64,000 nt of DNA, taken from an uncultured Planctomycetota bacterium. GTDB lineage: Bacteria; Planctomycetota; Planctomycetia; Isosphaerales; Isosphaeraceae. The position numbers and the translations under genes are program-made. This document shows positions 32,480 to 42,437 of the stretch, piece after piece. The stretch covers positions 1,024,001 to 1,088,000 of the forward strand of contig CAWGMQ010000003.1 in assembly GCA_963823665.1 (NCBI GenBank). Direction: 5' to 3'. The stretch's first letter is position 1. Every line of letters starts with the position of its first letter. The notes under the pieces were generated by a model that saw only the letters and a program-made list of their open reading frames with translations, had not been told where the DNA came from and did no database searches.

Positions 32480-32680
32480 TTGCGTCTCCTCTCATCCTGG
32501 TAGGGCGGCCACGCGACCGACTCGCTTCCGATCCCAAGCGTATCGGACCGAGGACGCGCGGGCAACGGTCTGCGGTATGCCGAACTTCATCATTCTTGCG
32601 GGTTCGGCAGAGTGGACGCGGCGGTTGACGCGGATAGCTGAGACGTGGACCATGGTGAATGCGTTGAGGAGGCGCGCAAC

Positions 32681-33355
32681 ATGGCCGAGCATACCGCCGC
32701 CGAGCCGAGCGAGGGTCACGGCAACCCGTACAGAGCTTCGGCTGTCGACTTCAATGTTCCGTGGAGCGATGGTCCAGCCGACGCGCTGGCGCTTCGTCGA
32801 GCGCATCGCCGCGAAGAGTCGCTGATGAAGGGTTTGGCGATCGTTAATTTCTTGTACGCGTTGTACTTCGGAACAGGCGTCGCTTATGAGTTCTCCAGCG
32901 TGATCGGTCATCTGACCGGCCGTTTGGAGGCTCCGTGGATCGTGCAACCGGGCTGGATCGTGATGCTCGTCCTCTTGGCCTGCAAGTCCATCGCTGGACT
33001 GGGCGCCACTTTCGGTTTCCTTTGGCGAAAGCGCTCGGCGCTGTGGTGCGAGCTCACACTCGCGTTGTCGTGGGCCATGATGGTGGCGCTCGACCCGCTC
33101 ATTGGAGGCCCCCGTTCCGCGCTGGATTTCGTCGGCTTCACTGCAGCCCATCTCACGCTCGCCGCGCCGATGCTGAGTGCTTGGTACCTTCGGAACTCAG
33201 TTGTATTTGACGCCAGGTACTCCGAAGCGATCGCCACGACGCGCCGCATCTGGGTCTGGCCGAGAATTCCTGCTAAGGTCATCCTAATCGTGTTCGTGTT
33301 CGCGTTCGTGTTCTTCGTAGTCGTCGTTATAACGGTCGCCCTTTCTCCACGCTGA
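32681..33355 (+). CDS. NPY-motif membrane protein, paralog 1
   Basis: GNPYRAS...LRRAHRREES, about 5 hydrophobic helices, SVVFDARY. Confidence 0.8.
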   Translation: MAEHTAAEPSEGHGNPYRASAVDFNVPWSDGPADALALRRAHRREESLMKGLAIVNFLYALYFGTGVAYEFSSVIGHLTGRLEAPWIVQPGWIVMLVLLACKSIAGLGATFGFLWRKRSALWCELTLALSWAMMVALDPLIGGPRSALDFVGFTAAHLTLAAPMLSAWYLRNSVVFDARYSEAIATTRRIWVWPRIPAKVILIVFVFAFVFFVVVVITVALSPR

Positions 33356-33362
33356 GGAGTCG

Positions 33363-33474
33363 GATCGACGTCTCTCAAACGCGATAAGATCGTACCAATC
33401 CAGGCAGCGGAGGTTTGCAGGCAATGGCCGATCAGGCACGAACCGAACCGTACGGGGATCCCGGCAACCCGTAC
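33363..33474 (+). repeat. ~112-bp direct repeat copy 1 (copy 2 at 34068-34179): previous gene end + RBS + N-terminus up to NPY
   Basis: CGTCTCTCAA...CGATAAGATCGT...GGCAGCGGAGGTTTGCAGGCAATGGCCGATCAGGCAC...CAACCCGTAC recurs at offset 705. Confidence 0.85.
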
Positions 33475-34092
33475 GCGGCTCCGGCTGTCGACTTCAACGA
33501 CCCATGGACCGATGGACCGGCCGACGCGCTGGCGCTTCGTCGAACCCATCGCCGTGAAGAGTCGTTCGTGAAGGGTTTGGCGATCGCCAATTTCTTGTAC
33601 ATGCTGTTCTTCGGAGCAAGCGCGGTGTATGAGTTGTCGATCTTGATCGGTCATTTGGCCGGTCGGATGAGTGCTCCATGGATCGTGCGACCGGGCTGGA
33701 TCGCGATGCTTGCCGTGATGGTCTGCATGCCCATCGCAGCGCTCGGCGCGGCCTGGGGTTTCCTCGGGCGCAAGCGCTGGGCGAGCTGGTGCGAGCTGAC
33801 GCTCGCCCTGTTGTGGGTTTTGATGGTGGCGCTCGAACCGCTCATCCGGTCCGTTCCCAGACCCGCCCAGGAATTCCTCGGACTGACCGCGGCGCACCTG
33901 ATGCTCGCCGCGCCGATGCTGAGTGCCTGGAACCTCCGGGGCTCAGTCGTTTTTGATGCCGACTATTCCGCCGCGATTGCCGCGACGCGCGGGCTCTGGT
34001 TTTGGCCGAAGATCCCAGGCAAGATCATTTTGCTCGCGATCGTATTCTTTGTAGTCGCACTCGTCCTGATCGGCGTCTCTCAACACCGATAA
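33424..34092 (+). CDS. NPY-motif membrane protein, paralog 2
   Basis: GNPYAAP...LRRTHRREES; closely similar to paralog 1; GGAGG RBS. Confidence 0.82.
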   Translation: MADQARTEPYGDPGNPYAAPAVDFNDPWTDGPADALALRRTHRREESFVKGLAIANFLYMLFFGASAVYELSILIGHLAGRMSAPWIVRPGWIAMLAVMVCMPIAALGAAWGFLGRKRWASWCELTLALLWVLMVALEPLIRSVPRPAQEFLGLTAAHLMLAAPMLSAWNLRGSVVFDADYSAAIAATRGLWFWPKIPGKIILLAIVFFVVALVLIGVSQHR

Positions 34093-34128
34093 GATCGTGC
34101 CGACCCGGGCAGCGGAGGTTTGCAGGCA

Positions 34129-34797
34129 ATGGCCGATCAGGCACAGACCGAACCATACGAAGATCTCGTCAACCCGTACCTGGCGCCGACGCGCGAACTG
34201 GGGGAGCCCTGGGGCACGGGCGATCTGGAACTGGAGGCAATCCGTCGCGCGAATCTCGGCGATGAGGCGTACCTGAAGATCGTCGTGCGCGCAAATTTCG
34301 TGATTGCGGCGATGATCTGTGCGTTCGGCGGCTATTACTTGAGCTTCCCGGTTCGGCGTGCACTCGGCCAGATCGACGCTCCATGGATTGCCCAACCAAA
34401 CTGGATGGTTTTTTACGCGCTGCTGGTTCTCATGCCGGTCCTGTGCATTCTCTCGGGCTATGGACTCCATCGTCGGAAAACCTGGGCGCTCTACGTCGAA
34501 ACGCTGCTTGTTCTCGCCCTTTTGATCTTCTGGGTGTTTCCGCTTTTCAATCGTGACGATCCAACCCCGATCATGCATTTTGTCGTTGGCGCGATCTTCG
34601 GCCTGTGCGTGACCACGCCGTTCTTGAACGTGTGGGATCTCAAAAACTCAGCGGTCTATCGGAGCGAATACCGTCATGTCATCGAGGCAACGTCTTATAT
34701 CCGAGTGAAGGCAAAGCTTCCGCTGTCTCTCAGGCTGATGATGGGCGTATTCGCTCTGGTTTTTCTGGCGCTGGGGGCCTACCTGGCCGTGGGCTGA
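34129..34797 (+). CDS. NPY-motif membrane protein, paralog 3
   Basis: VNPYLAP...IRRANLGDEAYLK, APWI, SAVYRSEY; same leader as paralog 2. Confidence 0.82.
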   Translation: MADQAQTEPYEDLVNPYLAPTRELGEPWGTGDLELEAIRRANLGDEAYLKIVVRANFVIAAMICAFGGYYLSFPVRRALGQIDAPWIAQPNWMVFYALLVLMPVLCILSGYGLHRRKTWALYVETLLVLALLIFWVFPLFNRDDPTPIMHFVVGAIFGLCVTTPFLNVWDLKNSAVYRSEYRHVIEATSYIRVKAKLPLSLRLMMGVFALVFLALGAYLAVG

Positions 34798-34834
34798 CCG
34801 AACAACGGGGCAAACGGATTGGGAGCCGCGTTTC

Positions 34835-35498
34835 ATGGCCGAAATGCCGACAAATGCGCCGCCGGACGACGAGCCGAACCCGTACGCTCCGCCGCAAGCG
34901 GACTTCAACGACCGCTCGGGCATCGTTGACCCGGAGGTCGAGCGCTTTGTCGCGCGCACCTCAAGGACGAATCTTATTTGAAGGCTTTGGCGATCATCAA
35001 CTTCGCTTACGCCGCTTGTTTTGCCCCTTACTTGATCGATTGGCGCGGACCCTGCTTTTACACTCTAGCGGCCGGACCCACTCGCCATGGATTGTCCGTC
35101 CGATGCGCGTCGCAGATATGATCATCGTGACTGTCATATTTATTTGCGCGCTGGCGGCTGCCTGCGGTTTTTTTATGCGAAAGCGCTGGGCTTTGCGATT
35201 CGAGCTCCTGGTGGCTCTCGGTATTGGTCTAGGCGCTGCTCTCGAGCGGCTGGTCCCCAGCCGGCCAATTCCCATCATGAGGTTGATCGGGGAGATTGCC
35301 ATTTTGCTGATCCTCGTCGCGCCGATGCTTGAAGTTTCACGCCTTCGGCGCTCCGTGGTCTTCGACCCCGCGTGCGCTCACACGCTAAGGGCGACTACAC
35401 ATATCAAAGCATGGCCGAAGCTCTCCCGCAGGCTCACGCTGATCCTGCTCACGCTCGTTGTATCTCTCGCGGTGCTCGTCGTTCTCGCGGGGACTTGA
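34835..35498 (+). CDS. NPY-motif membrane protein, paralog 4 (frameshifts ~34950 and ~35030)
   Basis: MAEMPTNAPPDDEPNPYAPPQADFND, then HLKDESYLKALAIINF in another frame, then SPWIVRP...RKRWA...SVVFDP. Confidence 0.72.
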
Positions 35499-35564
35499 GA
35501 AGCCCAATACGGGGCAGACGGTCCTCGGTCACGAACTGCACAGGCTGAGATCAGGGCGCCGACC

Positions 35565-37485
35565 TCAATCCCACTTGAGGATCGCGCCGGTATCCGCGCT
35601 CGTGGCCATCTTGGCGTACCGCGAGAGGTAGCTCGACGTGATCTTGAGTTTGGGGGCAGTCCACGTCGCGCGGCGGTCGGCAAGCTCCTGTTCCGAAAGC
35701 CGCACCGAGAGGACGCCGCTTTGGATGTCGATATCGATGATGTCACCGTCCTTGAGAAGCCCGATCGGCCCGCCGACTGCCGCTTCGGGGCTAACATGCC
35801 CGATCGAAGCGCCCGCGGTTCCGCCCGAGAATCGCCCATCCGTCACCAGGGCACACTTGTCGTCGAGACCGACGGCCTTGATCGCCGTGGTGGGAGCGAG
35901 CATTTCTTGCATGCCCGGGCCGCCCTTGGGGCCTTCGTAGCGGATGACGACAACATCGCCGGGCTTGACCTTGTTGAAGGCGATGCCCTGGTAGGCGTCG
36001 ATCTCGCTGTCGAAGATCACGGCTGGCCCGCTGTGCTTGAGCATCTTGGGGCTCACCCCGGCCGTCTTGATAACGGCTCCTCGCGGGGCCAGATTGCCCG
36101 AGAGCATGGTCAGCCCGCCAGTGCGCGAATAGGCATTCTCGACCGTGCGAATGACGTCATAGGGATCAAATCCATCGGATGAGCCGTTGCCGGGGACTGT
36201 TGAACCGTTGCCGTCCGGTGCTTCAACATCGTCTGCGGTTTCTCCTTCAGCGTCGAGCAGGGCGAGCCCGGCAACACCCGAACGGGCCTCGAGCGAGACG
36301 CTGGGCACGGTCCAGGCTTCCTGGGTCCGCTGCCCGCCGGCACGGACCTGCGAAAGCAGTCGGGCCTGTGCACTTGCACCGGCGCTCCGGATGTCAAATT
36401 CCTCGATGTTCTCGCCGAGCGTTCTGCCGGTGACGGTCATGCAGGTGAGGTCGAGGTGGCCAGGGCAGCCGCGGGCGACTTCGCCCAGAATCGTGTGAAT
36501 GCCCCCTGCCCTTGCTACGTCCTCGATATGGTAGCGGCTCGAAGGGCTCACCTTGCAGAGGTTGGGGGTCTTCTTGCTGAGGGCGTCGATCCGCTCGAGT
36601 GAGAAGGGGACGCCGGCTTCGTGAGCGATCGCCAGGATGTGAAGAACCGTGTTGGTGCTTCCCCCCATCGCCATATCGAGGATCATTGCGTTGTCGAATG
36701 CTGCGGGTGAGGCGATCTCGCGCGGAAGAAGGCCATGGCCCGGACCGCGCTTGGCGAGTTCCCTGGCCATGGCGACGATGCGATTGGCGGCGCGTTCATA
36801 GAGCGACTTGCGATCGGCCGAAGTGGCGAGAATCGTACCGTTGCCGGGCAGTGCCAGTCCGATCGCCTCGGCCAGGCAGTTCATGCTGTTGGCCGTGAAC
36901 ATTCCCGAGCAGCTCCCGCATGTCGGGCACGCAGCCTGCTCGATCTCTTCGAGCTCCTCGGCTGAAATCTTGCCATTCTGCTTCTGGACTCCCGCGACGA
37001 ACGCATCGATCAGGTCGACGGTCTTTCCCGACGCTGTCTTGCCGGCCTCCATCGGACCGCCGGAGACGAAGATCGTCGGGACATTCACTCGCATCGCACC
37101 CATGAACATGCCGGGGACGATCTTGTCGCAGTTGGGAATGCACACCATCGCGTCGAAACAGTGAGCCTGGATCATCGTCTCGACGCAGTCGGCGATCAGC
37201 TCGCGCGAGGGCAGCGAATACTTCATGCCGTCGTGGCCCATGGCGATGCCGTCGTCGACGCCGATCGTGTTGAACAGAAACGGCACGCCGCCGGCGGCAC
37301 GCACACACTCCTTGACGTAGTTGCCCACGGCCTGGAGGTGGACGTGCCCGGGGATGATGTCGACGTGGCTGTTGCAAATGGCGATGAATGGCTTGTTCCA
37401 GTCGCCCTCACCCACGCCGGTTGCACGGAGCAGACTGCGATGCGGCTGCGCGGGCGTCGCCGCGCTTGATCGTGTCGGAACGCAT
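35565..37485 (-). CDS. ilvD: Dihydroxy-acid dehydratase (frameshift ~37447)
   Basis: [73 protein letters not shown]. Confidence 0.96.
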
Positions 37486-37514
37486 GATGATGCGGGCCTC
37501 GAATCAGATGAACG

Positions 37515-38510
37515 TCACTTGTAAACGGCCAGACCGGGATTCGTCTGCTTGAGTTTATCGACGCCTTTGGGGGTGACCTTCGTGCCGATCAAGTAGACCG
37601 ACTTGAGACTCTTCATGTCCTTGAGTGCGTCGAGGCCGGCGTCGGTGACGTCCGTCCGGCTGAGCGCGAGCACCTGGAGGTTCTTGAGCCCCTTGAGTGT
37701 GGGGAGGCCCTTGTCGCCGACCTTGGAGTAGGTCAGGAACAACATCGTCAGGTTGGAAAGTCCTTTGAGGTGATCGAGCGCGGCATCGGTGACCAGGGGG
37801 CTCATCAGCGTGAGCGAGCTCAAGCCCGTGAGGTCCTTGAGAGGAGCGACAGCCGCATCGTTGACCTGACCATTATCGACATTCACGACCTGCAGGTTGG
37901 GCACGTTCTTGAGCAGGTTGAGTGAATCCTTGTCGCCAGTCCACTTCTTGAGAATGTTGACCGTTGCGATCTCCTTGCCGTCCTTGGTCTTGTCCACGGT
38001 GACGATGGCCCCCAGTTTCTCGAGATCGAGCATCGCGACCTTCAGCTTGAGGGTGGCGACCTCCTTCTCCAGGGCCGCGATCTGTTGTTTGAGCTTGGCC
38101 GGATCGTCGGCCGGAGGCGTCGCTGGAACCGCCGCGGGCTTGGTCTCGGGCTTCTTTTCATCTTTGGCCTGCGGTTTCGTCGCTGGAACCGCCGCGGGCT
38201 TGGTCTCGGGCTTCTTTTCATCTTTGGCCTGCGGTTTCGTCGCTGGAACCGCCGCGGGCTTGGTCTCGGGCTTCTTTTCGTCCTTGGCCTGCGGTTTCGT
38301 CGCTGGGGCCACTGCGGGTTTGGTCTCGGGCTTCTTTTCCTCCTTGGCCTGCGGTTTTGCGTCCGGCTTTTTCTGCTCTTTGGCGTCGGGCTTGGCTTTT
38401 TCCTGGGCATGCGAGGGGCTGGATAGCGCGGCGAGTGAAATCAATCCAGCCGCGATCAAGAGCGGCAGCGCCGCTCGGGGCATCCAGGCCTTTGTGTGCT
38501 TGCAAGTCAT
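37515..38510 (-). CDS. Secreted leucine-rich repeat protein with Lys/Pro/Ala-rich tandem repeats
   Basis: Signal peptide (SHA|QE), 20-aa repeats, coiled coil, 24-aa LRRs (VTDAGLDALKDMKSLKSVYL). Confidence 0.88.
   Translation of the reverse strand: MTCKHTKAWMPRAALPLLIAAGLISLAALSSPSHAQEKAKPDAKEQKKPDAKPQAKEEKKPETKPAVAPATKPQAKDEKKPETKPAAVPATKPQAKDEKKPETKPAAVPATKPQAKDEKKPETKPAAVPATPPADDPAKLKQQIAALEKEVATLKLKVAMLDLEKLGAIVTVDKTKDGKEIATVNILKKWTGDKDSLNLLKNVPNLQVVNVDNGQVNDAAVAPLKDLTGLSSLTLMSPLVTDAALDHLKGLSNLTMLFLTYSKVGDKGLPTLKGLKNLQVLALSRTDVTDAGLDALKDMKSLKSVYLIGTKVTPKGVDKLKQTNPGLAVYK
38118..38357. repeat. 60-bp tandem repeat x4 (KPQAKDEKKPETKPAAVPAT)
   Basis: Successive 60-nt sequence lines are identical or near-identical. 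Confidence 0.95.
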
Positions 38511-38710
38511 GGCGCATCGGCTCCCTTACAGTGTCTGCGCAAGGCCGTCATCGGGCTGTTCTGGCAATCGGAATCAGGGCTGGGACGGCGTCATTCGCCG
38601 TCTCCCCGCTGTGGAATGCACTGCACGGCCAAGCGGTGGGTTTGACGACTTCTCTCTAGATTGACAACCTTCACGATAAAGCCAACGCAAGTTATTGGCA
38701 ACCGCTTCAT

Positions 38711-39541
38711 CTAGTGAGTCGTCCAGAGGAAGTGGCCCATGAGCAACCCGGCGACGAATGCGAGCGCGATTCCCAGCAGGACAAAAAGCGACCATGAGAG
38801 CACGACCGATGCAGGCAAAACGACCTCACGAATCCGGCGAATCTCGGTGCCGGGCGGGAGGATCGTCGGGTGCTCGATCTCAATCGAGGCCCCGATAAGC
38901 GCAGCCTCGGCACGTTGCGGCACGGGTGGCGGCGCAAGCGGCTCGACGGGGGCCGGGGAAAGGTCGACGGTTTGCGTGAGCGTTGCCGGAAACGCCTCGG
39001 CGGTCGGCGGAACGACGGGGGTCTCCAAGACCGGGCCACGCGAAGAGAGAGAGGCGATCGATTCGGTGCGCGACGGCGCCTCGAGAACTTCGGGCGGAGG
39101 CCACGGAGCGCGCTCTGCGACAGGGGGCGGCGGCTGCCGCGCGAGGCTTTCGAAGAACTCAGCTTCGACGCGCAGGTCTTCGGGCCTGAGGTCGATCAAG
39201 TCGGGGGGTAGCACCGCCGCGAGGTCGTCGACGGCCATCGGCGACGGCGCTGGCGCTGGCTGGGACACCGTCTGGACGGCGATGGCGACGGCTGTCGATT
39301 CTGCGGCGGCGGCGACCTCGGGCTCGGCCCTGGTCCGCGGCTCTGCACGGGTCTTCGCCCGGGCAGGTGCAGGAGCCTTGGGCTGGACGTCAGTGTTTTC
39401 GTCCGTGCGAAGCTCGGGAACGGGGATGAGCAGTTCTGCACTGCACTTCGGGCACGTAACGACCGAGCCTGCCTTGTTCGGAGTTGCACCGAGAAGCTGG
39501 TTACACCGATAGCAGCGGAACTTGAGCCGCTCAATTGCCAT
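38711..39541 (-). CDS. Zn-ribbon, Pro-rich, C-terminally anchored membrane protein
   Basis: FRCYRCNQLL...VTCPKC, low-complexity middle, C-terminal TM LAFVAGLLMGHF. Confidence 0.8.
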   Translation of the reverse strand: MAIERLKFRCYRCNQLLGATPNKAGSVVTCPKCSAELLIPVPELRTDENTDVQPKAPAPARAKTRAEPRTRAEPEVAAAAESTAVAIAVQTVSQPAPAPSPMAVDDLAAVLPPDLIDLRPEDLRVEAEFFESLARQPPPPVAERAPWPPPEVLEAPSRTESIASLSSRGPVLETPVVPPTAEAFPATLTQTVDLSPAPVEPLAPPPVPQRAEAALIGASIEIEHPTILPPGTEIRRIREVVLPASVVLSWSLFVLLGIALAFVAGLLMGHFLWTTH

Positions 39542-39750
39542 TCTGCCGCCTTTCGCGTCACGCCGGACCACTGTTGCAGGGCGAGCCGGGCCAAACCCCA
39601 ATTCCAGCCTAAGCGGCCGGAAGCGTTTTTGCCACATCATGCCCGGATGGAGCACGCTTCGAAAACGCCCCGATCGGGCTTGTGAGCGAGGGACGCGATC
39701 AAATGTGATTGCCTCCAGGCGGCGGGTGTGCCGCGCATCGGGCTCGGCGG

Positions 39751-40236
39751 TCAAGCCGGTTCAGGCCGCTTGACAGCGGACCGCATCCGGTTGCGGGGCA
39801 CTTTGAGGGCGGTGTTCACCCAGTAGTGCTCGAGCGTGGCGACCAGCTCGCGATAGCGGGGATACTCATCGGGCTTGGAGATATAGGTGTTGGCGCCGGC
39901 CTGATAGGTTTGAACGATATCCTCTTCGCGCTCGGAGGTGGTGAGGATCACCACGGGAATCATGCGAAGGAGGGGGTCGCTTTTGATTCGTGTGAGCACC
40001 TGGCACCCGTCCATCCCGGGCAAGTTCAAGTCCAGCAGAATCAAGTCGGGCTCGCGATCGGAAGTTACGACGTCGTCGCGCAGCTTGAAGAGATAGTCGA
40101 GCGCGTGTTTTCCGTCGGTGATCACCGTCAAACGATGGGAGACGTCACCCTCGCGGAGTGCGCGCTCGATGATCTTGGCGTCGGCTCGGCTGTCCTCGAT
40201 CAACAGGATATGGAATTCAGATCGTGGGAGATTCAT
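39751..40236 (-). CDS. Single-domain response regulator (Rcp1-like)
   Basis: ILLIEDS, PDLILLDLNLPGMDG, IPVVILTTS, GANTYISKP, HYW. Confidence 0.93.
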   Translation of the reverse strand: MNLPRSEFHILLIEDSRADAKIIERALREGDVSHRLTVITDGKHALDYLFKLRDDVVTSDREPDLILLDLNLPGMDGCQVLTRIKSDPLLRMIPVVILTTSEREEDIVQTYQAGANTYISKPDEYPRYRELVATLEHYWVNTALKVPRNRMRSAVKRPEPA

Positions 40237-42388
40237 CCGGGGACACCTGTGAGACGTGGTGTTCAGAGAGTGCCTGTAACAAGCCGGGAGCAACGAGCGA
40301 AGCTAGTGATGCCGGCGACGGGTTGCTTCGCAAACGGATAAAGAATGTCGACCCTTCGCCGGGAGTGCTTTCGACCCAGATTCGACCGCCGTGCGCCTGG
40401 ACGATTTTGTTGCAGATCGCCAGTCCGACGCCGGTTCCCTCGTATTCGTCGTGGGTGTGCAGACGCCTGAAAAGTTGAAAAATCGTGTTGTGATACTCGG
40501 GCTCGATGCCGATTCCGTTGTCTTTGATCGCAATGAGGACGTGTGGATCGAGATGGTTCTCGTGAGGGTGATCCGGCGAATCGGCGCCGACATCAGTTTT
40601 TGCTTCGACCTCGACCCACGGACTCGAGCTCTGGTTATACTTTACCGCATTGCCGATCAAGTTTGCAAGCAGTTGGCCAATCCGGTCGTGGTCGCCCCAG
40701 ACTGGCGGAAGCGCACCGTTGATCCTGAGCTCGGCGTTCTTGGAGCGCAGGAGCTCGCCCAGATCGGCCTTGACGACAGCCATCAGCTCCTCCAGATCGA
40801 CCATGGCGAACTCTCCGATCACCTTGCCGGCGCGGGAAAGTTTGAGCAAACCGTGGATCATGGCGCGCATCCGGCGGGAGGCCTCGACGAGGTATCGCAA
40901 ATACTCCTTGCCCTCGTTCTCGATCCGGTCGCCGTAGTCTTTCATCAGAAAGCCGGAAAAAGAGATCAACGTTCGCAGGGGCTCCAGGAGATCGTGCGAG
41001 ACGACGTAGACGAACTCGTCAAGCTCTCGATTGCGGTGCGAGAGTTCCGCGTTGGTTTCTCCCAGCCGCCGGTTCTTTTCCTGAAGCTCGGCTTCCAGTA
41101 GCCGGTTGAGCGTGATGTCCTGGGCCACGAAGCGGCTGTGCATGATTGACCCCTTCGATGCCATGACGACCTTGCCGATGACCCAGACATCGATCAGCTC
41201 GCCGCTGGAAGTGACCCAGGAGGTTTCCTTTTCGATCGAGCCCCGTGCCATGAACTCGCGGTAACGCTCGATGAAGCCCCCCGCTCTGGGGCCTACAAGC
41301 AGCTTTTCGTAGGAATGGCCGACAACATCCTCGCGTGCGACCTTCAAGGTGTTGAGCATCGTCTGGTTGCACTCGATCACCGTGCCGTGGACGTCCAGGC
41401 TGAAGTACATGGCAGGCGAGTTTTCATAGAGGTCGGTATATCGATCCTTGAGCTCCTCGAGCTCGCGGTTGATCTTGCGCAACTGCTCGTTGACCTGGGT
41501 CAGCTCCTGAGTCCGCAGCTTGAGCACGCGCTCGGCTCGGACCTTGTCGCTGACGTCGGTGAGATGGCAGCGCAGGTGGCTGACTGCGGTCTTCCCGTAG
41601 CGAGCACCGACATTGATCTCCACAGCCCGGGTCTTGCTTTGCGCCGTGCGCACCCGCACGACCAAGCCCAGGGCTTCGCCCCGCTCGAGCGCCTCGCGCA
41701 AGGTCTGCGCGGCGCGGGGGCGATCGTCGGGATGAATGACGTCGAGGAACGACTTCTGTCTCAGCTCGGTCAGGTTCCAGCCGAGGAACTCCTGTTCGGC
41801 GGGGCTCGATTCAATCCAATGAAACCCGGCCGGCTCGAGCCGATTGACCATGTCAATGGTCGAGAAATCGCCGGACATGCTCGGGTTGAACGCCGCGCTC
41901 GTCTCCGATGGGGCATCAAAGAGACCGCTCCGGGTCATGGATGCAGTCGACTCGAGCGGCGGACGTTCGATGTGAATTCGCGCTCCAGCGACCGGCGGCG
42001 AGGCTTGCACGAGTTGGCGGGCACGCTGGTGCCTGGCCAGGGCCGCAATCTCGCGAGTGAGCTCTGCCAGCTCGGGCGTCGGTGGAAGCGTCTGCACCCG
42101 GTCGTTCTTGCGGGCCTGTCTGAGCGAGCGGGCGATTTCTGCGAGCTCCCCGAGCGGAACGCGCCACCGCGTGCGGTCGTACCAGAGAGAAACCCCAAAC
42201 GTGGCGGCTGCCGCACCAAACCCGGCGATTGCGACCAGGATGCCGTCGCCGGGCCTGAGCTTCGCAACCGCGAGCGCGACGACTGCCATCCAGGCCATGC
42301 TGATCAGGAGAGCCGCCGTCCACCGCGTGGGCCTTCCCACAAGGCGCCGGGGGCGAGTCGCCGGCTGCGTCATCTGTCTCGGTCTCAC
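40217..42388 (-). CDS. Membrane PAS-PAS sensor histidine kinase
   Basis: Two N-terminal TMs, PAS (IHPDDR; LYENSP), H-box SHDLLEPLR, NLIGNAVKY, DNGIGI, GTGVGL. Confidence 0.93.
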   Translation of the reverse strand: MRPRQMTQPATRPRRLVGRPTRWTAALLISMAWMAVVALAVAKLRPGDGILVAIAGFGAAAATFGVSLWYDRTRWRVPLGELAEIARSLRQARKNDRVQTLPPTPELAELTREIAALARHQRARQLVQASPPVAGARIHIERPPLESTASMTRSGLFDAPSETSAAFNPSMSGDFSTIDMVNRLEPAGFHWIESSPAEQEFLGWNLTELRQKSFLDVIHPDDRPRAAQTLREALERGEALGLVVRVRTAQSKTRAVEINVGARYGKTAVSHLRCHLTDVSDKVRAERVLKLRTQELTQVNEQLRKINRELEELKDRYTDLYENSPAMYFSLDVHGTVIECNQTMLNTLKVAREDVVGHSYEKLLVGPRAGGFIERYREFMARGSIEKETSWVTSSGELIDVWVIGKVVMASKGSIMHSRFVAQDITLNRLLEAELQEKNRRLGETNAELSHRNRELDEFVYVVSHDLLEPLRTLISFSGFLMKDYGDRIENEGKEYLRYLVEASRRMRAMIHGLLKLSRAGKVIGEFAMVDLEELMAVVKADLGELLRSKNAELRINGALPPVWGDHDRIGQLLANLIGNAVKYNQSSSPWVEVEAKTDVGADSPDHPHENHLDPHVLIAIKDNGIGIEPEYHNTIFQLFRRLHTHDEYEGTGVGLAICNKIVQAHGGRIWVESTPGEGSTFFIRLRSNPSPASLASLVAPGLLQALSEHHVSQVSPDESPTI

Positions 42389-42437
42389 GAGGCTTGCTCA
42401 AACGGTGCCTTGTCAGAAGAACAAGGCCGTTCGAACG

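Noticed and set aside
36170..36380. Insertion in IlvD as an intein
   Set aside because: Short acidic low-complexity loop, with no Cys/Ser start or His-Asn end motifs.
38118..38357. Regular 60-bp repeats as a CRISPR array
   Set aside because: No unique spacers, in-frame within a CDS, and no cas genes.
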